A stretch of DNA of 64,000 nucleotides, from positions 49,786,001-49,850,000 of the forward strand of contig OX597835.1 in NCBI GenBank assembly GCA_951406725.2, in the 5' to 3' direction. Under the pieces are notes generated by a model. The model was given only the letters and a program-made list of their open reading frames with translations, made no database searches and was not told the DNA's origin. A program made the translations under genes and the position numbers. Origin of the DNA: Octopus vulgaris (Eukaryota). Shown here piece by piece: positions 57,916 to 64,000 of this stretch (the first letter of the stretch is position 1; the number at the start of each line of letters is the position of its first letter).

Positions 57916-57933
57916 GGTGGTGGTGGTGGTGTC

Positions 57934-58137
57934 AAGCTGGTAGAATCGTGAAGCGTATTGGACAAAATGCTTAGCGGCATTTTTATCAGGTTCTCTACGT
58001 TCTGGGTTCAGATTTCGCCGACGTCGACTTTGCCTTTCGTCTTGTTAAGGTCCACATAATAAGTACCAGTTAGATACTGGGGTCGATATAATCGACTTGC
58101 CTATCACTTAAAATTGCTGGCATTGTGCCAAAATTTT
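57934..58137 (+). mobile_element. SINE family A
   Basis: AAATGCTTAGCGGCATT..GTCGACTTTGCCTTTC..AAGTACCAGTT. Confidence 0.8.
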
Positions 58138-58564
58138 ATTGTGGCTGTTGTTGCTATTGTTATTGTTGTTTTTCAGTTCCTAAGTCAACGTCGATTGAGC
58201 AACCCAGTAATAAATGACAATCCATCAGTGACCATCCCGGTTTTTTTCAGGCGATGTCCTATGATGTGTTGCTAATTCTATCGAATCGAGTGATCATGTA
58301 GATGTTCCTTCGCCGTGATGATAATGATGGTGGTGGTGGTGGTGGTGGTGGTGTTCGATCATATGAGCGATTCTCTCTTTGTTGCTGTTGTTATTGATGA
58401 TGATTGTGGTTGTACTGGCAATATTGTTGTGTATGCCTAAGTATGTAAGCATATGTAAATATATCTTTATCAAGTTTCCCATTATCTCTGAGTGCGGCAG
58501 AATGCACACTAACATGAGATATTTCCCTCCACAGCATTCAATCTTTGGCAAGAGCATGAAGGGA

Positions 58565-58760
58565 AACTAGTCAAGACCTGTCCATGCAGTGATGTTATCT
58601 CTCCATCTCTAATATTCCAGACTTCTGTTCCTCTTTCCAGTAACCATGCCTTCCAAACGGATCTTGACGTCACAAACCAATGTGGCCAAACATTTTGAGT
58701 ACTTTGTTTTTGATGACAGACGTGATTGTTGGTAATTTGGTCATTTGTTTTAGACCGTCA
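58565..58760 (-). mobile_element. RTE-clade LINE 3' coding remnant
   Basis: LKMFGH..EGMVTGKRNR..RWRDNITAWTGL. Confidence 0.6.
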
Positions 58761-59382
58761 ATTCTGACATGATCTGAGAGTTTAGTGTTAGTAATAAGTA
58801 ACAGTACAAGATTCTGAAAGACTTCCAGTTTCTATTGTGACACATTCTAATCCGATATAAAACTAAGTATATATATAATCTATATAGTCGATTTATAAAC
58901 AGAGCTGATTAAGTTACTTCTCCTTAATCGATTTTCGGATCTTATTGGATTCACATCAGGGACGTCTTCATCAATTTGAGAGAAGCAGGCGACCAATTCG
59001 TTTATATAGTCAACAATGTCTGAAACTACAGGAAACTGGGGATATTAATTTTCATACCATAAGTGTTAACTCGTTATTGAAAGTCGGCGACACCTGCCGA
59101 CGGGGACCTCAGTTCACTCGGTATCAAAGTATGATATAAGTAACCTATTTAGTAGACTTATGAACAGGGCTTATATTAGTGTATACAAGTATATATGTAC
59201 GTAGGTATGGAAACATATTTAAGTATAACAAAGTGTGTGCTTGCATATGTATATAAGTATTTGAGGAAATGTAAACATATTTAATGTATGTTAATATATG
59301 CAATTAATTGTAAGTGTATGTGAGTGTATCCAAATATATGTTAACATAAAAGTATATCAAATACATCGTGTATGTGTGTAAA

Positions 59383-59580
59383 GTTTGAAATGAGTAGAGA
59401 GAAACATCGTGATCAACTTCGTGTGAATTTTAAGCAGAAGTACCAACAAGGATCCGCTTCAGATGATTTCGCTTGTGGGTTTTGCGGGTCCAAAACATGC
59501 AGCAAGGTAGGGCTCGCTTCACACAGTAGAAAGCATCAACCGACTCAGGATCACCAGCCAGCATTATGAAATGCCTCTCA
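59383..59580 (+). mobile_element. RTE-like LINE 3' end with terminal zinc finger
   Basis: FACGFCGSKTCSKVGLASHSRKH resembles the CxxCxxxCxSxxGLxSHxRxH motif. Confidence 0.6.
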
Positions 59581-59590
59581 CATACGAATC

Positions 59591-59922
59591 CAGTTGTTCC
59601 CAACCGGAGTCCATATGATCCCTAGGGCTCCATATCAGATTTTTAGGGTTCTACACGGGCAAAGAAGTAAATTGGGTCAATAATGTCATTTTGTGGGTCA
59701 ATGAACAAATTTTTCTTTAGATGTTTTTGTTGCAACAAACAGCGCGGTTTCGTTCTCTGATGTCAGAGTTAAGCCGACACAATGGAATGTATAATAAACG
59801 AAATAGGAATTTTGAAAGAAGTCTCTATGAAACTAATTTTTAAACACTGAATGATTATAAGGGTCCACCAGAATAAAATAGTAATCAAAGGGGTCCATTT
59901 GATAAATGGCTGAGAACCACTG
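59591..59922. mobile_element. hAT (Charlie-like) MITE, old
   Basis: TIRs CAGTTGTTCCCAACC / GGCTGAGAACCACTG and subterminal GGGTCCA motifs. An 8-bp TSD is not recognisable. Confidence 0.65.
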
Positions 59923-60741
59923 AATTAGCCAATGCTCATCTCAAGATCAAAAGAAAGATGGCGGACGCTTCATCAGTCGTTTACGACAGGAGAGTCTGCC
60001 ATATATATATATATATGACTCCATATCACCACTATTTCTACCCCTTTTCAGCTCCACCCGATCACTGCCACCCTCTATTCTAAATGCCAGATGTGTGTAG
60101 TGAGGCTCACACTTGCTCCTCTTCAGCAAGAATCTTGTTATGCTCCGGTCTCGTCTCACGTACTTCAGTCTTCCCCACTTAAAGTGTATTCAAGTGCATA
60201 GAAGTATATGTCGATATATATGTGTGTGTATATGTAAGTATAGGTAATGATATGTGAATGTAAGTATATACATATGCATATATCATATGTATGTATGTGT
60301 GTCTATACACACACACATATATATATACATATAATATTTTATATATATGTATATATGTGTATGTATATGCATGCATATATATACACACCTGCAAAATACA
60401 AAAGAACAATTGGTAGAAATTATGACACCGTTTCAGAAACAACTTACAATTTGTCTGTTATAAGCCAAAATTCGATTCCACTTCAGCATAAAAATATTCT
60501 TGCCATGGTCTCATTACATTTGTTCAAAGACACCTGATTCCTCACGTTACCAAATTACGCGAAAGTTTGTTTTTGTTTCGTTTTGTGAAAATTGTCTTCT
60601 TTTTCTTTTTGTTTCCTTTTTTTTGTGGATGGTGGAAAAGGGAACTGAAAGTATGTATGTGTATGTGATTCCATGTGTATGTGTGCGTGCGCGCGCGCGT
60701 CGATGTCAGATAATTTGATAGATAATTAGGTGAAAATGAAA

Positions 60742-61155
<414 letters not shown>

Positions 61156-62049
61156 TTTTCCATTTGGCAAAGAGGCAAATGTTACCTGAAATGGTTGATG
61201 TCTGCATACACACACATATGTGCGCATGTTTGTGAATCAAGTTGCACTGGTGGGTGTAGGCGCCACTGTCAAACACAAGTGTGTACATTCCGTCACTGTT
61301 CTATATGTGCGCGTGTGTTCTCCTTTTATATATGGTTGTCTGCCTATGTCCACCTAGGAATCTCAAACGGAGAAGCGCTGAAATGTTTTACGACTTTTTA
61401 CTCTTCCTCTGATTGATTGTATCAGGAGAATGCGATTCAGTCCGTTCGGTGCACTTTGGGGGGGAATCCAAGCAGTTCTAGATTTCCGAGCAGATCGGAT
61501 AATTGGAACAAATGAAAACCTGGAGCCTGGATCTCAGAACTCTGGCTTACTCGTCAGTTTCCATCAGGGCAGACCTAGGGCTAAACAACAACAGCTGACA
61601 AAAATAAAATGATATACCAACGATCGAATGATGGACATCCGCGTATTCATTGTATCTGCTTGAAATAACAGCCAGGTCTCTTTGAAATCATTTCCTACAG
61701 AACTAAAAATGAAGGTCCCACATACTGTGACCTTTAGAGGACAACTGACAAATATAGAAGACGAGATGATCACGCTTGGAATTTTTTTTTATAATAGGTC
61801 TGTTTGATCAGACTTAACGTGGGGTTAAACAGCAACATTTATGATATTAATGGATTAAAGAGGAAGAACGTGTACACAGTTGCTCAAACTGCTAGAAACA
61901 GCAGCCAAATTTCAAAAGAAATCTTCGTAAAAGGAAGACACATGGACAGTGAAGTGGTGATGGTCATGAGCGGAATGCTCTTTCATCATAAATCTACTGA
62001 ATCAGGGATGGGATGGGATGGAACTAAATAACGGTAACAACAGTAACAA

Positions 62050-62081
<32 letters not shown>

Positions 62082-62681
62082 ATAACTTTCAGAATAACAA
62101 CAGAGGTAACAACAGCAATAACTATAACGACAACAGCAACATCATCATTGCCTCATCATCATCGTCTTCAATCATCGTCAATCGTTATAATTTCATAATA
62201 GCCACCAACTCGCTGGAGACTGCTCTCCCACCAACAAAGAACGCTTTCGATCGCTTGTTAGCGCCATTTTGTTTAATGTTTCTCCTGTCGCCGCCGACAT
62301 TTTAATGGCCACTTCATGCCAACCTGTCTCGTTGGCTCTGTTAGAGGAGCATCTTTAACATCAACATTGCCGGCTCCATTATCATCGTCGTCGTCTTCCT
62401 CACCGTCATCATCACGGTCGTCGTTGTCATCACCACCATTAAGTTCGAATATAAAATTAAAAGGGATTTCTAAAAGAAAAAAAAAAACAGAAAGAACCTT
62501 AGTGATAATAAGGATGATGAATATCATCATCATCGCCATCATCGTCGTCATCATCATCATCATCGCCATCATCGTCGTCGTCATCATCATCATCATCATC
62601 ATCATCGCCATCATCGTTGTCATCGTTGTCATTTATTATCAGCATCGTTATCATCTCCATCAATATTACTATTGCTCTTAC

Positions 62682-62897
62682 AAGGCGGCGAGCTGACAAA
62701 ACCGTTAGAACGCCGGGCGAAAGGCTTAGTGACAGTTCATCTGTCTCCATGTTCTGAGTTCAAATTCAGCCGAGGTCGACTACGCTTTTAATCATTTCGG
62801 GGTCGACAAAATAATACCAGTTGCGTATTGGGGTCGAGGTAATTGGCTTACACCTTCCCTCGAAGTTGCTAGCTTTGTGCCAAGATTTGAAATCAAT
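62682..62897 (+). mobile_element. SINE family A
   Basis: AAGGCGGCGAGCTG..GAGTTCAAATTCAGCCGAGGTCGAC..TTTCGGGGTCGAC. Confidence 0.85.
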
Positions 62898-62910
62898 ATT
62901 AAATTTGGCG

Positions 62911-62969
<59 letters not shown>

Positions 62970-63297
62970 CGTAGTCGTATCGTTGTTGTTGTTGTTGTTT
63001 TTTGTTGTTGTAGTTTGTGTTGTCATTGTTGTTGCCGTTATTGCAGTCCTTGTTCTTATTACTAACATTGTGATTCTGTAGCGGTGACGGGGTTTGATAG
63101 AGAGTCATCATTGTCGTTGCTGTTGTTTCTAGCAAATGACACATTTTCTAGTTACCTTTATTTATGTCCCTTTACCTGTCATTTGAAATGTTTTGTGGGG
63201 TTTCCTTCACCTCTTCATCTTTCCTGAGCTGATAAAACAAGTTCCAAGGAGTTCCCGATTGAGAAAATTATCGACATACACACACACACAAACATAT

Positions 63298-63461
63298 GCG
63301 ACAGGCTTCTTTCAGTTTCCATCTACAAATCCTCTCACAAGCCTTTTGGCCGGCCTGAGGCTATAATAGACGACACTTGCCCGAGATATCACGCAGCGGA
63401 ACTGAACTGGAAACCATGTGGTTAGGAAGCAAACGTCTCACCACACAGCCACGCTGTGCCT
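63298..63461 (-). mobile_element. SINE family B, 5' half
   Basis: GAAACCATGTGGTTAGGAAGCAAACGTCTCACCACACAGCCAC is the reverse complement of the head. Confidence 0.75.
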
Positions 63462-64000
63462 ACATCTTTATATATATCATTGAATATACATTAATTTGTA
63501 CATCGAACTTAACTTGGATGTACTTTGTAAACGCCATAAAATGCAGTAATTGCATAGACGAATATTGTCAAAAAGTACCAGTCGTCGGTACCGGTGTATC
63601 ACGTGATTTCAGTATATTTTCGCATCATCAGCAATAGACACCCAAACACCGAATGGGGGACTGAGATCTCGTCAACCCGAGATAGTTTAACTCTAAACAG
63701 TCAGTGATGTCGCAAAAAGCTGGCGAGGAGCTGCAGCGTATAAAGAAGCAACTTATGGTGTTCACAAAACTCGTCCAAGTTGACTGTAAAAATTACTCTC
63801 CGTTACAAAGAATACTTCCGTTGTTAAGAGCGAATGAATATTTATTTATGTTATAGGTTTCTAACATCGCAGTTGAATACTTTGTTATACAGTGTGGCAT
63901 TGAGCAATCTGCATCTCTCTATATAAATTATGTGGATAGGCAGAGATTGATATACATATATGCACGTACATACATACATGCATATATACATACATACATG

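Overview
AT-rich, microsatellite-saturated animal DNA. The repeat families (tRNA-SINEs with internal TA/TG arrays, TAA-flanked elements, mollusc-type 5S) point to a coleoid cephalopod, probably Octopus (inference). Almost all ORFs in the track are microsatellite read-throughs. The only host coding signal is the 3' part of a COE/EBF (collier/knot) transcription-factor gene on +: exon 34150-34641 and a probable exon 38973-39043. The rest is intronic or flanking DNA filled with mobile elements. These are a near-full-length R4/Dong-type RLE retrotransposon in a (TAA)n array plus several remnants, an IR/DR Tc1 element, mariner/maT derivatives, a Penelope-like element with a 12-bp TSD, CR1-like and RTE LINE ends, a non-autonomous Helitron, a hAT-like MITE and more than 20 SINE copies. 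Most notable: (1) a full-length 5S rRNA sequence fused to the LINE/SINE 3' stem-loop tail (candidate 5S-derived SINE3); (2) a tRNA-like Pol III module next to a hammerhead-like motif in the 3' end of the Penelope element; (3) a 1.2-kb near-perfect palindrome carrying hammerhead-like motifs; (4) about eight minimal hammerhead-like motifs, several in foldback units. All alignments and folds were done by eye.
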